A stretch of DNA of 64,000 nucleotides. It comes from a virus. Each line of letters begins with the position of its first letter. Position 1 is the stretch's first letter. Made by a program: the position numbers and the translations under genes. The stretch covers positions 38,717 through 102,716 of IMG/VR virus record IMGVR_UViG_3300035698_018106. One strand, written 5' to 3'. A model generated the notes under the pieces. The model ran no database searches. It was not told the DNA's origin and saw only the letters and a program-made list of their open reading frames with translations. Positions 47,300 through 57,159 of the stretch are shown here, in pieces.

Positions 47300-48730
47300 T
47301 TATTCTTCAGATTCATGAAGTTCTAGTTCTTTTTCATAAACATCATCTCCATTCCAAACCATCATACCATCTATTTCTTCTAGATCATTTGTATCAAATA
47401 AATCTACAACATTCTTTTTAGATCCAACTCCCCGTTCAATTGTTGGATCTTCAATTGATTCAAATAATTTTTTTGCAGCATTAAATTCTTTTAATTTATG
47501 TAATAATTCTGTTTCAAATCTCTTAATTTCAGATATTGTAAATTTTAATTCATCTTCTGTTAATTTTCTAGCAGTTAATCCCTCTAATTTAGGACGTACA
47601 TTCTTTGGATAATCGCTTAAAAAATCTGTTATTTCTTGATCAGATCGTTTCTTACCCATCATAAACATAATAAATAATTTCTTAGCTTTATTAAATTCTA
47701 GACTATCCTTTAAAGTTTCACGTTCCCATTCTTTATTTCGATAATCTAATCGAAGTAATTGCCATTTAAAATCAGTAAGATATTGTTCAATATTTTGGTA
47801 CACTAAAACTTGACCATCTTTTATAAAAACCGGATTTTCTGTTACAATAATAGAAAATGATTTGGTAATATATGCTTGTAATTCCTTAAATTGTTCTTTA
47901 GAATTTCCATTATATACAATACTAATATCAACTTTAGTATTAGAGTTATTAATAATTCTTACTTTGCCTTCAAATTTTAAAATAAGAGCATCTAATTTTT
48001 TAAGAACAGTTCCATATTTAAGTATTGGTGGTATTTCATCTATTTGAATTTTCTTATCTTCTATAGTAAATATTGATGATAATTTCCAAGTACTTTCTTT
48101 ACCATTATATCTAGCAATTTGTCCATTAAATCCTTCAAAATATGGTTTTACAGATTTTCTCTTACCTGCCATAAATTCTTTAATATGGTTCAAGTTCCTA
48201 GGAAGAATAGTGGTTTTATATCCAACAGCAATACCAACAATAGAATTTGTTAATCCTAATGGAACTTCCATCCAAAACGGGTCGTATGGTCCCTCAGGCT
48301 CCTTTGTGGTGAGGTATTTATATTGGTTAAGTATTCCTATGGTCTTACTACTAAGTTTCACTGAGGTGTATCTAGCAGCGGCGGGGTCTGGACTAGCTTC
48401 GGTTCCAAAGAATCCATATCCTTCAAGTATCTGAAGTGCATTACCGAAAGGTCTGGCTAATTTATTAAGGGCTCCAGTGAGACTTGAATCGCTGTGGTGA
48501 TATCCGTCTTGGATACATTTTCCGACAACGGTAAGGGATTTATTAAAGGTATTTGGACTGTTCTTAAGTATGAAACGTTGTACTGGGGTAAGGGCATCAT
48601 AGAAACTTGGTATTCCTCTGGCCTCCAAAACATAAACTGCATAATCTCTATATTTGGTATCTATAAATTTTGATATAGGTAACTTAATTATTTTCTCTTT
48701 CGGTTTCGTCAGATCTCTGTTCCTTGCCAT
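47300..48730 (-). CDS. DNA topoisomerase II DNA-cleavage subunit (GyrA-like, T4 gp52-like)
   Basis: RDYAVYVLEARGIPSFYDALTPVQRFIL matches the GyrA active-site region. Confidence 0.7.
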   Translation of the reverse strand: MARNRDLTKPKEKIIKLPISKFIDTKYRDYAVYVLEARGIPSFYDALTPVQRFILKNSPNTFNKSLTVVGKCIQDGYHHSDSSLTGALNKLARPFGNALQILEGYGFFGTEASPDPAAARYTSVKLSSKTIGILNQYKYLTTKEPEGPYDPFWMEVPLGLTNSIVGIAVGYKTTILPRNLNHIKEFMAGKRKSVKPYFEGFNGQIARYNGKESTWKLSSIFTIEDKKIQIDEIPPILKYGTVLKKLDALILKFEGKVRIINNSNTKVDISIVYNGNSKEQFKELQAYITKSFSIIVTENPVFIKDGQVLVYQNIEQYLTDFKWQLLRLDYRNKEWERETLKDSLEFNKAKKLFIMFMMGKKRSDQEITDFLSDYPKNVRPKLEGLTARKLTEDELKFTISEIKRFETELLHKLKEFNAAKKLFESIEDPTIERGVGSKKNVVDLFDTNDLEEIDGMMVWNGDDVYEKELELHESEE

Positions 48731-49214
48731 CTACTGTTATTTTTATTTTATTATGCCGATTTGATATTATAGTTTCAATAACATTATCTTTTAAATCATT
48801 TATAGATATTGAATCTAGTTCATCAGCTGTTAAATTTTTCAATAATGAAGGATCTTTAGAAAAATCCTTCATTATCTGAGGATATAAACCATAAATTTGA
48901 TAAGTTGATGGTATCATATGGTATTTTTCAGATTCATTATTTAATGCTATTAATCTAATTTCTTCAGGATCTGTAATTACACCTTTCTTATAGATATCTA
49001 AATCATGTTCCATTTGTTTTAGACAATCATACATTTTATAATAATCATATGTATCCCCATAAAGACCCATATTTTCAAATTTACCTCTTTCATAGAAAAA
49101 AGCATCATGATAATCACGTAAATTAAGTGTATGAATTTCTTTGATTAATTCATCTATAGAACCTTCTTTAATAACTATAGGTTCCATATTATTTCTAAGT
49201 CTTACTAAAATCAT
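48684..49214 (-). CDS. Hypothetical protein
   Basis: 176 aa. Overlaps the topoisomerase gene start. Confidence 0.35.
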   Translation of the reverse strand: MILVRLRNNMEPIVIKEGSIDELIKEIHTLNLRDYHDAFFYERGKFENMGLYGDTYDYYKMYDCLKQMEHDLDIYKKGVITDPEEIRLIALNNESEKYHMIPSTYQIYGLYPQIMKDFSKDPSLLKNLTADELDSISINDLKDNVIETIISNRHNKIKITVDGKEQRSDETERENN

Positions 49215-49217
49215 ATT

Positions 49218-49454
49218 TTAAAAAAATTTGAATATTTTAGAGAATTTAATATTATTAGTCTGTATATGTTCTCTTGTGAACATATATTCTTTATTATCTA
49301 ATATATCATAAACATATATAATATCATTTGCTTTTACTGTTACTTTACATAGATTATATTTCCATATAGTATCTAGATATAAGCCTTTTGCTGTTCCTGA
49401 CCATAAATACCATTTATTTTTAAGGACAGTATTATCTAATAAAATTGTCGACAT
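49218..49454 (-). CDS. Hypothetical protein
   Basis: 78 aa ORF. Confidence 0.3.
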   Translation of the reverse strand: MSTILLDNTVLKNKWYLWSGTAKGLYLDTIWKYNLCKVTVKANDIIYVYDILDNKEYMFTREHIQTNNIKFSKIFKFF

Positions 49455-49459
49455 ATTAA

Positions 49460-49687
49460 TTATTTATTTTTGAATATAAGTTTTTCATCGTTGTTAGCTA
49501 ATCTAACATAACTAATTCCTATACTATCTTTTCTTCCATTATCATTATACCAAACAACTCCCCATTCATAATCATATTTAATACATTTAAATATTTCAGG
49601 GGTTTCATCACCTACAGACCATCTTAGATATTTTATAATATCTCCAATTTTATAATTAGTATACGTTTTATTGATTTCTTCTATCAT
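49460..49687 (-). CDS. Hypothetical protein
   Basis: 75 aa ORF. Confidence 0.3.
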   Translation of the reverse strand: MIEEINKTYTNYKIGDIIKYLRWSVGDETPEIFKCIKYDYEWGVVWYNDNGRKDSIGISYVRLANNDEKLIFKNK

Positions 49688-50199
49688 AACAATCTTTTAT
49701 TCTTTATTTCTTTTAGAGTACCATTGTCTCTAAGTTTTGTTAGTCTTGAACAAAATTCCCTAATTGTTAAAACAGTTTCCGATTCTTTTGATCTACCTAT
49801 AGAGTGAGTGAGTTTAGATCCTTTACTAGATTCTAAAGCTTTTTTAAATTTAGTATTTTTATACATTTCAGTATAAGCTTTATCTAACAATTCTTGATAA
49901 CCTCTTGATTTTCTTGGTATTTCAATACCTCTCCAATATAATATTTGGTATTGTTGCCAATTTTTATTTCTGCCTTTTTTCTTAGCTGCAAATCCAACTA
50001 ATTTACACACCTCTACTTGCATCTCAGGAGATTTAAACTTTAAACTCTGTAAAAAGCCTTCCATAGAATTACAATCTACACCATCTATAATAAAAGGGTG
50101 AGGTGAAAAATTACTTAAAGCACTTGATGGGTATTTATTTCCTGATCCTATGTCCATGGGCTTATTTTTAAATATATTAATATTAAATCTGCAGCACAT
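49684..50199 (-). CDS. NADAR (YbiA/DUF1768) domain protein
   Basis: LSNFSPHPFIIDGVDCNSMEGFLQSLKF matches YbiA FSNFAAWPIKVDGKTWPTSEHYFQAQKF. Confidence 0.6.
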   Translation of the reverse strand: MCCRFNINIFKNKPMDIGSGNKYPSSALSNFSPHPFIIDGVDCNSMEGFLQSLKFKSPEMQVEVCKLVGFAAKKKGRNKNWQQYQILYWRGIEIPRKSRGYQELLDKAYTEMYKNTKFKKALESSKGSKLTHSIGRSKESETVLTIREFCSRLTKLRDNGTLKEIKNKRLL

Positions 50200-50308
50200 C
50201 CAGATGCGAAACCTTGTATGTGACCATCTTCTAAGTATTCTATTTCTAAAGGAGATTCACAAATAACGTGCCATCCAGCTTTTTCTAATATTTTGATATC
50301 TTTTTCCA

Positions 50309-50506
50309 TTAGCTATTTAATTTATTATTTGTTATTAATCTAGCGGCTTTTCCTAAATCACTATAATTTGGGTTATTCTTAATTAATTCCGATAATTCAG
50401 TAGAATTTAAAGAATTCATATATTTTTCATTTAAATATTCTCCTAAATCATAATCATTAGAGAATTTTGCAGCAGCTTGCCCTAAAAGTAAAGTTTGATT
50501 ATCCAT
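50309..50506 (-). CDS. Hypothetical protein
   Basis: 65 aa ORF. Confidence 0.3.
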   Translation of the reverse strand: MDNQTLLLGQAAAKFSNDYDLGEYLNEKYMNSLNSTELSELIKNNPNYSDLGKAARLITNNKLNS

Positions 50507-51063
50507 TATGCTAATTTTTTACCTTTTAATAAATATCGCAAAAACACATTTTTTGAACCACCTAAACTAGTTTCCCATTCTGTATAAACTTTAGGTAATT
50601 GATGTCTTAATTCACATAAATCAACATCTCTAGAATTTCTGAATATTTCAAACCATGTATTCTTATCTATTCGATCTTTAAAGAATTTACTAATATCTGG
50701 AAATAAATCATAATTAAAAACAGGTTCATCTGCTATAAAACATATTGCAGTTAATGTATCATTTAAATCTGGTTCATAAAATTCAGAATAATTGATTATC
50801 GTTCCGGGGTTTTCTTCATTATAATTACATAAACTATTTACAGTTTGTTGCATACTACCTAATCTTGATACATTATTGTTAGTAGTTCCACCATTTAAAA
50901 TTATCCAAGTTTTCCAATTGACAACAAAATCTTCATATAATGAAGAGTCAAAGAAATGCTGGGCATATTCTAAGGATGCATGTCCGGCTTGTATACCTTG
51001 TTGAATTGGTGATAAATTATAGGGTACAAAAAAGTACATTCTTTTTTCTAATAAGTTGTTCAT
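50506..51063 (-). CDS. Hypothetical protein, possibly peptidyl-tRNA hydrolase PTH2-like
   Basis: MYFFVPYNLSPIQQGIQAGHASLEY resembles the PTH2 R.DL.MG.GK.AAQ..HA pattern. Confidence 0.25.
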   Translation of the reverse strand: MNNLLEKRMYFFVPYNLSPIQQGIQAGHASLEYAQHFFDSSLYEDFVVNWKTWIILNGGTTNNNVSRLGSMQQTVNSLCNYNEENPGTIINYSEFYEPDLNDTLTAICFIADEPVFNYDLFPDISKFFKDRIDKNTWFEIFRNSRDVDLCELRHQLPKVYTEWETSLGGSKNVFLRYLLKGKKLA

Positions 51064-51281
51064 TTTTTATTTTTTAATTGATTTTTACTCTGGTAATTCT
51101 GCAACAGTTATTAAATATAGATCTTTATATTTTAGATATACTTTTGATGTTATAATATAACATGTTGATTCATCTAGCATTATAAACTCTCCTTAAGATA
51201 AAACAAGGTCTTGTTTAGTGATAAATAACGTTTTATCGTCTGGTAATAATTGTACTTGTGTCATAATTTTTGATTTAATTA

Positions 51282-51458
51282 TTAAATAGTATAAGGATAT
51301 CTAACACCATATGTAGCAGTTGCCCCACATGAATTACAAGAATGTTCATATGATGGTGGGTTTGTTTGATTAACTATTCCATTAGGCCTCATCCATCCAT
51401 TGTTACATGTTGGACATTTTTCATCTGCTTGTTTTGCTTGTACTTCTCTAATTTCCAT
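51282..51458 (-). CDS. Possible small zinc-ribbon ORF (58 aa), absent from the ORF track
   Basis: MEIREVQAKQADEKCPTCNNGW...CNSCGATATYG. Two CxxC pairs. Confidence 0.3.
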   Translation of the reverse strand: MEIREVQAKQADEKCPTCNNGWMRPNGIVNQTNPPSYEHSCNSCGATATYGVRYPYTI

Positions 51459-51478
51459 TATTTTATTTTTTATTAAAT

Positions 51479-52714
51479 TTATTTCCCAAATCCGACGTTT
51501 CGTTTAAAATCTTCAGATTTATTATTATTATCAGCTGAAACATATATATCTGCTAATGTCATAGGTTCTTTAACTTCTATATCATCGCGGCCTAATTTTT
51601 CAAGTAAAAATTTAGATTTATTAATTGCTAATTTTTCAAATTTATAACTAATAAGTAGTCTACCTTTTCTTAATAAAGCTTCATCTATATCTTTTTCTTT
51701 CGTATTTAATGTTACTACAATAGAAATATTTAAACAATCAGATAATAATCCATCAGTTAAATTAAGAATATTTGATACAGCTCCAGTTCTTCCCGAGAGT
51801 TCTCTTTTTCCTATAACCGGTTCTCCATCTTCAATAATAAGAATTGCATTAGCATTTTCCATTAAAAATGGAATAAATGCTGGTTCTGTTATATGGTTAA
51901 CCATATCCGGAGATATAAAAATAATATTTTTCTTTAATTTATGAGCAAGATGTCGCAAATAAGTAGTTTTTCCTGTTCCTGGATCTCCTCTAAGAATAAC
52001 AAGATTAGAAGTTTTTCTCTTATTAAGACCATCTATAATCTTATTTGATATATCACTAAATCCATTATTATAATTTTCATCTAGATTAATTTTACATGTT
52101 TTTACAGTGAATCCAGTTTTTTGAAAACCATGAGAATCTTGATATACAATATAAATTTTATTTTTTATATTATTTGGTACCACAACACCTTTTATTAAAC
52201 TTATCATAGTATGAAGAGGACTTCTACTATCTGTTTCTATATGTTTAGGATAAAAAATCATTGCTGTGTCATGATTAACATAAACATAAATAGAAAAAGA
52301 TTTATACTTAAGTGCAAAAGCAGAACTATAAAGTTTTATTAATCCATTAGAATCTCGTATAGATTTATAATAAGCTTCTTTAGGAACATTAGTATATTTA
52401 AATAATTCAGAAATAAATTTTTCACTTATAACATTTCGTAATGTATATACATCAGGTTCGATATTATATAGTTTATGATATCTATAAGCAAAATAAGATT
52501 CTTTATCATAGTCATTTAGGTATCCTTCTTGCCCATCTGCAGATTTCATAATATCATTAATATTTCCCCATATAATGTCTTTTAATATTTCTTTAGAAAA
52601 TTTTTGTTTTTTAATAGGTTTAAAAAAGGTATTTTTCATTCCGCTTATTTTTTTAGGTTTATCACTTCCATCCCAAAATTCATCTTCAGTAAGTACGGGC
52701 ATATGCTCAATCAT
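51479..52714 (-). CDS. AAA+ ATPase
   Basis: LVILRGDPGTGKTTYL Walker A and ILIIEDGE Walker B. Confidence 0.5.
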   Translation of the reverse strand: MIEHMPVLTEDEFWDGSDKPKKISGMKNTFFKPIKKQKFSKEILKDIIWGNINDIMKSADGQEGYLNDYDKESYFAYRYHKLYNIEPDVYTLRNVISEKFISELFKYTNVPKEAYYKSIRDSNGLIKLYSSAFALKYKSFSIYVYVNHDTAMIFYPKHIETDSRSPLHTMISLIKGVVVPNNIKNKIYIVYQDSHGFQKTGFTVKTCKINLDENYNNGFSDISNKIIDGLNKRKTSNLVILRGDPGTGKTTYLRHLAHKLKKNIIFISPDMVNHITEPAFIPFLMENANAILIIEDGEPVIGKRELSGRTGAVSNILNLTDGLLSDCLNISIVVTLNTKEKDIDEALLRKGRLLISYKFEKLAINKSKFLLEKLGRDDIEVKEPMTLADIYVSADNNNKSEDFKRNVGFGK

Positions 52715-52717
52715 TTT

Positions 52718-54526
52718 TTATCCTCCGTTTTCTAACCATTTTTTTCTTTTATGAGAACTAGTTCCAAATGCAATATCTAGAAACTTATTCGCGCCTCTAT
52801 CATATATTATTTGGAATAAAGCTTTATTATTCATTACATGAGTCCAATCTTCTATTGATAAAGATCCTAATCCTTTTAAGTAAGTTATATTTGAAACTTT
52901 TTTAGATTTAGAATATTCATGATATTCATCCATAGAATAAAAATATTTTCTTTCTTTTCCATAATTACACGCAACTAAAGGTGTAATTATTTTATATAGT
53001 CTTTTGTCTTTAATAATATGAGGAAACCATTTATAAAATAAATTAATAATCAAAGAACTAATATGTTGTCCATCTGGATCTTCATCAGCAGCGATTACAA
53101 TTCTATCAAAATCTGGCATTTTTTCATTATCAGGTTCTATATTTAAAATGCTCATAATTTCTAAAATTTCTGCATTATTGCTTAAATCTGATAGTTTCCG
53201 AGTATTTTTAACTTTTCCTTTTAATGCATATACTCCTTCTGATGCAGCTTCTCTTGCCTGTTTAACACTACCCGCCGCCGAAAGTCCTTCAGTTACATAA
53301 AGTGTCCCTTTCTTCCTAGAAGGTGGACTATATTTTTCAGATATCTTTCTTTTACTTTGTCGTTTTGCTTTCTTTATCTTAGAAATACTTTCAGAATGTA
53401 ATCTATCCTCAATACGTTGTTCAATACTATTAGATATATCTGATTTTTTTAAACTTCTAATTAATTTAGTTTTAAAATTCTTAACTAAATCTTCTTCCAA
53501 TTCTCCTCTACTCGTATCAAGTTTTGATTTATTTTGATCAGCCCATCTCATTAATTGTGATGGTAAATTAATAGATAACCAAGTTTCAAAGAAATGATGC
53601 GATAAATTATACTTAAAATAATCATTACCCCAATCATTTACTATCTTTTGATGGATTCCTGTACATTGTGATCCGTTAACAAATGATAAAGAACCAGAGT
53701 TTTCATACGATTCCCATAAATATAGTGTTCCGAAATCTGTATTGACCGATATAAAATCACCTTCTATGAATTCAGAAGTGACATTCATGGGCATTTCTTT
53801 ACCATCTTTAATAAACTTACATTCCAGATTTAAATCCTTTATAATAGGATCAGACTTAATCAGAAAGGATTTGAATGAAAAATATGTATTAATTAATTCT
53901 TCATCCCATTTATATCCAGGAAATTGAGGTTTAGAAGGAATAAATGATACAGATGTACCAATTAAATCTCCTTTTTTCTTTTTTCTAATATCTTCTTTTA
54001 CTACTTTAAAATCTACCCAATCATAAGATACAGAATGAGTTTTATTAACTGTAGATATTTTAAAAGATTCAGATAAAATATTAGTAACGGCAGCACCAAC
54101 ACCATGAGTACCTAAAATATTTGATTCTGTATCAGAAAAATTAGATCCTGCATGTAATTCTTCCATTGCAGTTCTAACTACATTTTTTTTAGTTTTAGAA
54201 TGTATAGAATTAGCTTTATAAAATCCATTACCTTCATCTGTAATAATAACTTCATTTGTATCTAAATCAACAGTAACATGTACATTTTTCATATTACCAT
54301 TACAACGTTTGGCTTCATCTAATGCATTTTCTAAAACCTCAACTATTAAATGCATATAACCGGGTGACCATGATTTTTCAATCATCTTGATTTTATTATC
54401 AACGATAATTGGTATTTTTTCTTCTACATAAGCAACTTGACCTATATACATTCCTGGACGAAGACGTACAGCTTCAAATGTATCTAATGCTATAATCTCA
54501 TTTGAATGTTTTTGTTTAATAGTCAT
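52718..54526 (-). CDS. DNA topoisomerase II ATPase and Toprim subunit (GyrB-like, T4 gp39 plus gp60 fused)
   Basis: EAVRLRPGMYIG, HLIVEVLENALDE and VTEGLSAAGS (Toprim). Confidence 0.8.
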   Translation of the reverse strand: MTIKQKHSNEIIALDTFEAVRLRPGMYIGQVAYVEEKIPIIVDNKIKMIEKSWSPGYMHLIVEVLENALDEAKRCNGNMKNVHVTVDLDTNEVIITDEGNGFYKANSIHSKTKKNVVRTAMEELHAGSNFSDTESNILGTHGVGAAVTNILSESFKISTVNKTHSVSYDWVDFKVVKEDIRKKKKGDLIGTSVSFIPSKPQFPGYKWDEELINTYFSFKSFLIKSDPIIKDLNLECKFIKDGKEMPMNVTSEFIEGDFISVNTDFGTLYLWESYENSGSLSFVNGSQCTGIHQKIVNDWGNDYFKYNLSHHFFETWLSINLPSQLMRWADQNKSKLDTSRGELEEDLVKNFKTKLIRSLKKSDISNSIEQRIEDRLHSESISKIKKAKRQSKRKISEKYSPPSRKKGTLYVTEGLSAAGSVKQAREAASEGVYALKGKVKNTRKLSDLSNNAEILEIMSILNIEPDNEKMPDFDRIVIAADEDPDGQHISSLIINLFYKWFPHIIKDKRLYKIITPLVACNYGKERKYFYSMDEYHEYSKSKKVSNITYLKGLGSLSIEDWTHVMNNKALFQIIYDRGANKFLDIAFGTSSHKRKKWLENGG

Positions 54527-54734
54527 AAAATGTTTAATTATTATATCTTTTTATATAATAAAGTTTTAAAAATTATTCATCTTCATTAAAATCTTCTTCT
54601 GGAGTATTTGCTTCTCTTATATTTTCTGCCGATAAATAAAAAATGGCATCACCAAAACTATCACATGATATTAAATAATTTTTAAATTCTATAATTGTAA
54701 ATGTATCTTCCATATTATTTAGTATTAAAATTAA

Positions 54735-54971
54735 TTACCATGTTATGACAGTAGCTAATTCATTATTTCCACTTGAACAAATCTCTACAGAAAATCCATT
54801 AGATTCTAAATGCTCTTGAACTTTTATACTCAGTGGGAAAAAAATCTTAGTAGAATAATGTCCATTTTTAGATACAGCCTCTTCAATTCGAGAGTTAACT
54901 TTATTAAGTTGTTCAGTATGTTGTGCACTATTATAATTATCAGCTTGTTCTCTTGCTTCTTTTGCGTTCAT
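54735..54971 (-). CDS. Hypothetical protein
   Basis: 78 aa ORF. Confidence 0.3.
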   Translation of the reverse strand: MNAKEAREQADNYNSAQHTEQLNKVNSRIEEAVSKNGHYSTKIFFPLSIKVQEHLESNGFSVEICSSGNNELATVITW

Positions 54972-54973
54972 AA

Positions 54974-55285
54974 TTAATTATTACATGGATAAATATAAAG
55001 GACTTCAATAATACCTTGGCCTTTATCATTATTCCAAGGTGATTCTCTCCAGCCCCAACATGTATCTGGTTTATTATTTTCTTCTTCGGAAATTATACGC
55101 TCTATTCTAATATCAAATTCCAGAGCGGCTTTTTGTCCAAGAAAATATCCTTTTTCAAAAGATTTAGCTTCATATTGGTTTTGTTTATCATATAAAGTAG
55201 AAGGGTTGGGAATTAGCACGCATAATGCTATTATACATAATATTTGTAGCCATGCTAATACTCTGGAATTGATTTTAAAATTCAT
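54974..55285 (-). CDS. Secreted or membrane protein
   Basis: N-terminal hydrophobic signal. Confidence 0.35.
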   Translation of the reverse strand: MNFKINSRVLAWLQILCIIALCVLIPNPSTLYDKQNQYEAKSFEKGYFLGQKAALEFDIRIERIISEEENNKPDTCWGWRESPWNNDKGQGIIEVLYIYPCNN

Positions 55286-55295
55286 AGTTTTTGGT

Positions 55296-55637
55296 TTATT
55301 TTTTGATTATTTCAACAGCAACTGATTTCCAATAATTTATACCATTTTTTTCTTTATCAAATCTACCATCCAATTCTCTGACAATATACAAATCCTCATT
55401 CAAAGTTTTTGCAATATTTTCAAGTGTCTTTCTAGATATAGTTATATCAATATCGCCATACCATATTTTACCTGATTTTTTTGTGGCTATATTTGCATTA
55501 AATAATACAACATTACCTCTGTGTTCTGATAAATAACCTATTTTAGAACCAGATATCATTCTACCTAAAGAAAATTTATTATCTCGAAACACCTGATTAT
55601 AATCAGGTGTTTCGATAGTTTTTGATCTTAATTTCAT
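55296..55637 (-). CDS. Hypothetical protein. Start taken at the internal Met to avoid overlap; the track ORF extends to 55763.
   Basis: ORF. Confidence 0.3.
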   Translation of the reverse strand: MKLRSKTIETPDYNQVFRDNKFSLGRMISGSKIGYLSEHRGNVVLFNANIATKKSGKIWYGDIDITISRKTLENIAKTLNEDLYIVRELDGRFDKEKNGINYWKSVAVEIIKK

Positions 55638-55638
55638 A

Positions 55639-56022
55639 TTAAAATGGATTACTTTTTTTAGTGGTTGGCATGCTTTCACCAGGTGACATACCATTCTTAC
55701 ATCTATATATCCAAACCTTAACAGGTCCTTCATACATATATTTTTGTTCATCAAAATTAGCATATCGATGAGCGGCTAAGTTTTCTAAAGCTTTTCTAGA
55801 ACCATCATCAGACTTTAACCACTCTTTGTAATCTTTGGCTGCTGATATTCTATTTGATTCAACAAAACTTTGTGTTTGTTCAAATACTTCCCGGTCAGCA
55901 TTTTTCTGAGCTTTTCCAACTGTCTTAGTTTTAAGTACACCTAAATACCCAGTACCTAAATCTAGTGCAGCTAATATAACAATTAATAGGATTACTAATC
56001 CAAAAATTTTTCCTTTTGACAT
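55639..56022 (-). CDS. Membrane-anchored protein
   Basis: N-terminal transmembrane helix (IFGLVILLIVILAAL). Confidence 0.4.
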   Translation of the reverse strand: MSKGKIFGLVILLIVILAALDLGTGYLGVLKTKTVGKAQKNADREVFEQTQSFVESNRISAAKDYKEWLKSDDGSRKALENLAAHRYANFDEQKYMYEGPVKVWIYRCKNGMSPGESMPTTKKSNPF

Positions 56023-56024
56023 TC

Positions 56025-56552
56025 TTATAGTTTATAAGGTGAAACAATAATTTGTGGTTCGACATATAATGGTCGAGGTTCTTTAGTTTTAGGGTCAATC
56101 ATAATTAACCAGGTAGCAGACATTCCTTCAGGTTTAAATAATCCATTAGGTTCGGCTTGTGGTAATAACAAATAATCATATACCCAATTTCTTCCTGAAA
56201 AATCTGCAACTTTATCAGTTGTAGCTCCTTGAAATTTTAATGGACTAGAAAATTGTGTAGAATAAGGTACTCCATATCCAATACATTCTCCTAAATATCG
56301 ACCAACATCTCCGGTCATAACATTAACTAAATAAGCATGACATACAAGATTTTCTTGATCACATAGTTCATATATCCATTTTAATGTTTTCTTTTCTTGG
56401 AAATTATTCAATGCTGGTAATCCAACTTGTCTATTTCCTTCTGTTAGAAGATTTTCTAACTCGTCATTTAACTTGGTATCTGAAGTTTCGCCTTTTCTAC
56501 AACTAAACGAAATTAAAGATAATAGCAAAATAAGTACAAATAATTTTTTCAT
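56025..56552 (-). CDS. Lipoprotein (paralog 1)
   Basis: Signal peptide plus lipobox LISFSC. Core NLVCHAY...GYG.PYSTQFS.P...PNGLF.P.G.SATWL..IDP..EPRP.Y.EP.I.VSP.KL. Confidence 0.55.
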   Translation of the reverse strand: MKKLFVLILLLSLISFSCRKGETSDTKLNDELENLLTEGNRQVGLPALNNFQEKKTLKWIYELCDQENLVCHAYLVNVMTGDVGRYLGECIGYGVPYSTQFSSPLKFQGATTDKVADFSGRNWVYDYLLLPQAEPNGLFKPEGMSATWLIMIDPKTKEPRPLYVEPQIIVSPYKL

Positions 56553-56586
56553 GATTTTATTTTTATTAAGTTTAAAATTTATTTAA

Positions 56587-57117
56587 TTATTTAAGTTTGA
56601 ATGGAGATACTACAATAGTAGGCTCTATATAAACGGGCCGGGGTTCGCCATCTTCTGGATCAATTAAAAGTAACCAAGTAGCTGAAAGTCCATCAGGCAT
56701 AAATAATCCATTAGGTTCAGGCTGTGGCATACCAATTCCCCAATAAGATCCACTGTAACCCCCTTTTTCTAATCTTTCTGGATTACTAAATTGTGTAGAA
56801 TAAGGTAATCCATATCCAATACATTTTCCAATATAAGCACCTAATTCGCCTTTTAATTCATTAAAGAAATATGCATGACATACTAAGTTTTCTTGGTCAC
56901 GAAGTTCATAAATATACTTCATAACTTTCTTTTCCTGAAAATTTATAATAGCTGGATAACCAACTTCTCTATTGGCTTCAGACATGGCTGTTTCAGTTTG
57001 TTTTTCTAATACCTGATCAGCAGTTGGAGCTGTTGGTGTACTAGTACAACTTGGTAATAATGTACTACCTAATGCAATTAGCACAACAATTAACGTTAAC
57101 AATGTAATTCTTTTCAT
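56587..57117 (-). CDS. Lipoprotein (paralog 2, tandem duplicate)
   Basis: Signal peptide plus lipobox LLPSC. About 50% identical to the 56025..56552 product. Confidence 0.55.
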   Translation of the reverse strand: MKRITLLTLIVVLIALGSTLLPSCTSTPTAPTADQVLEKQTETAMSEANREVGYPAIINFQEKKVMKYIYELRDQENLVCHAYFFNELKGELGAYIGKCIGYGLPYSTQFSNPERLEKGGYSGSYWGIGMPQPEPNGLFMPDGLSATWLLLIDPEDGEPRPVYIEPTIVVSPFKLK

Positions 57118-57159
57118 TTTTTATTATTTAAGTTTAACATTTATTTTATGATAATTATT

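Noticed and set aside
48457-48642. ORF 48457..48642 (minus), nested in another frame of the topoisomerase gene; the same situation applies to 57318..57725 and 35076..35321.
   Set aside because: They use alternative frames of well-supported genes on the same strand, so overlapping coding is unlikely.
55639-55763. 125-nt same-strand overlap between ORFs 55296..55763 and 55639..56022
   Set aside because: It resolves by starting the downstream gene at its internal Met (55637), so no real overlap or frameshift is needed.
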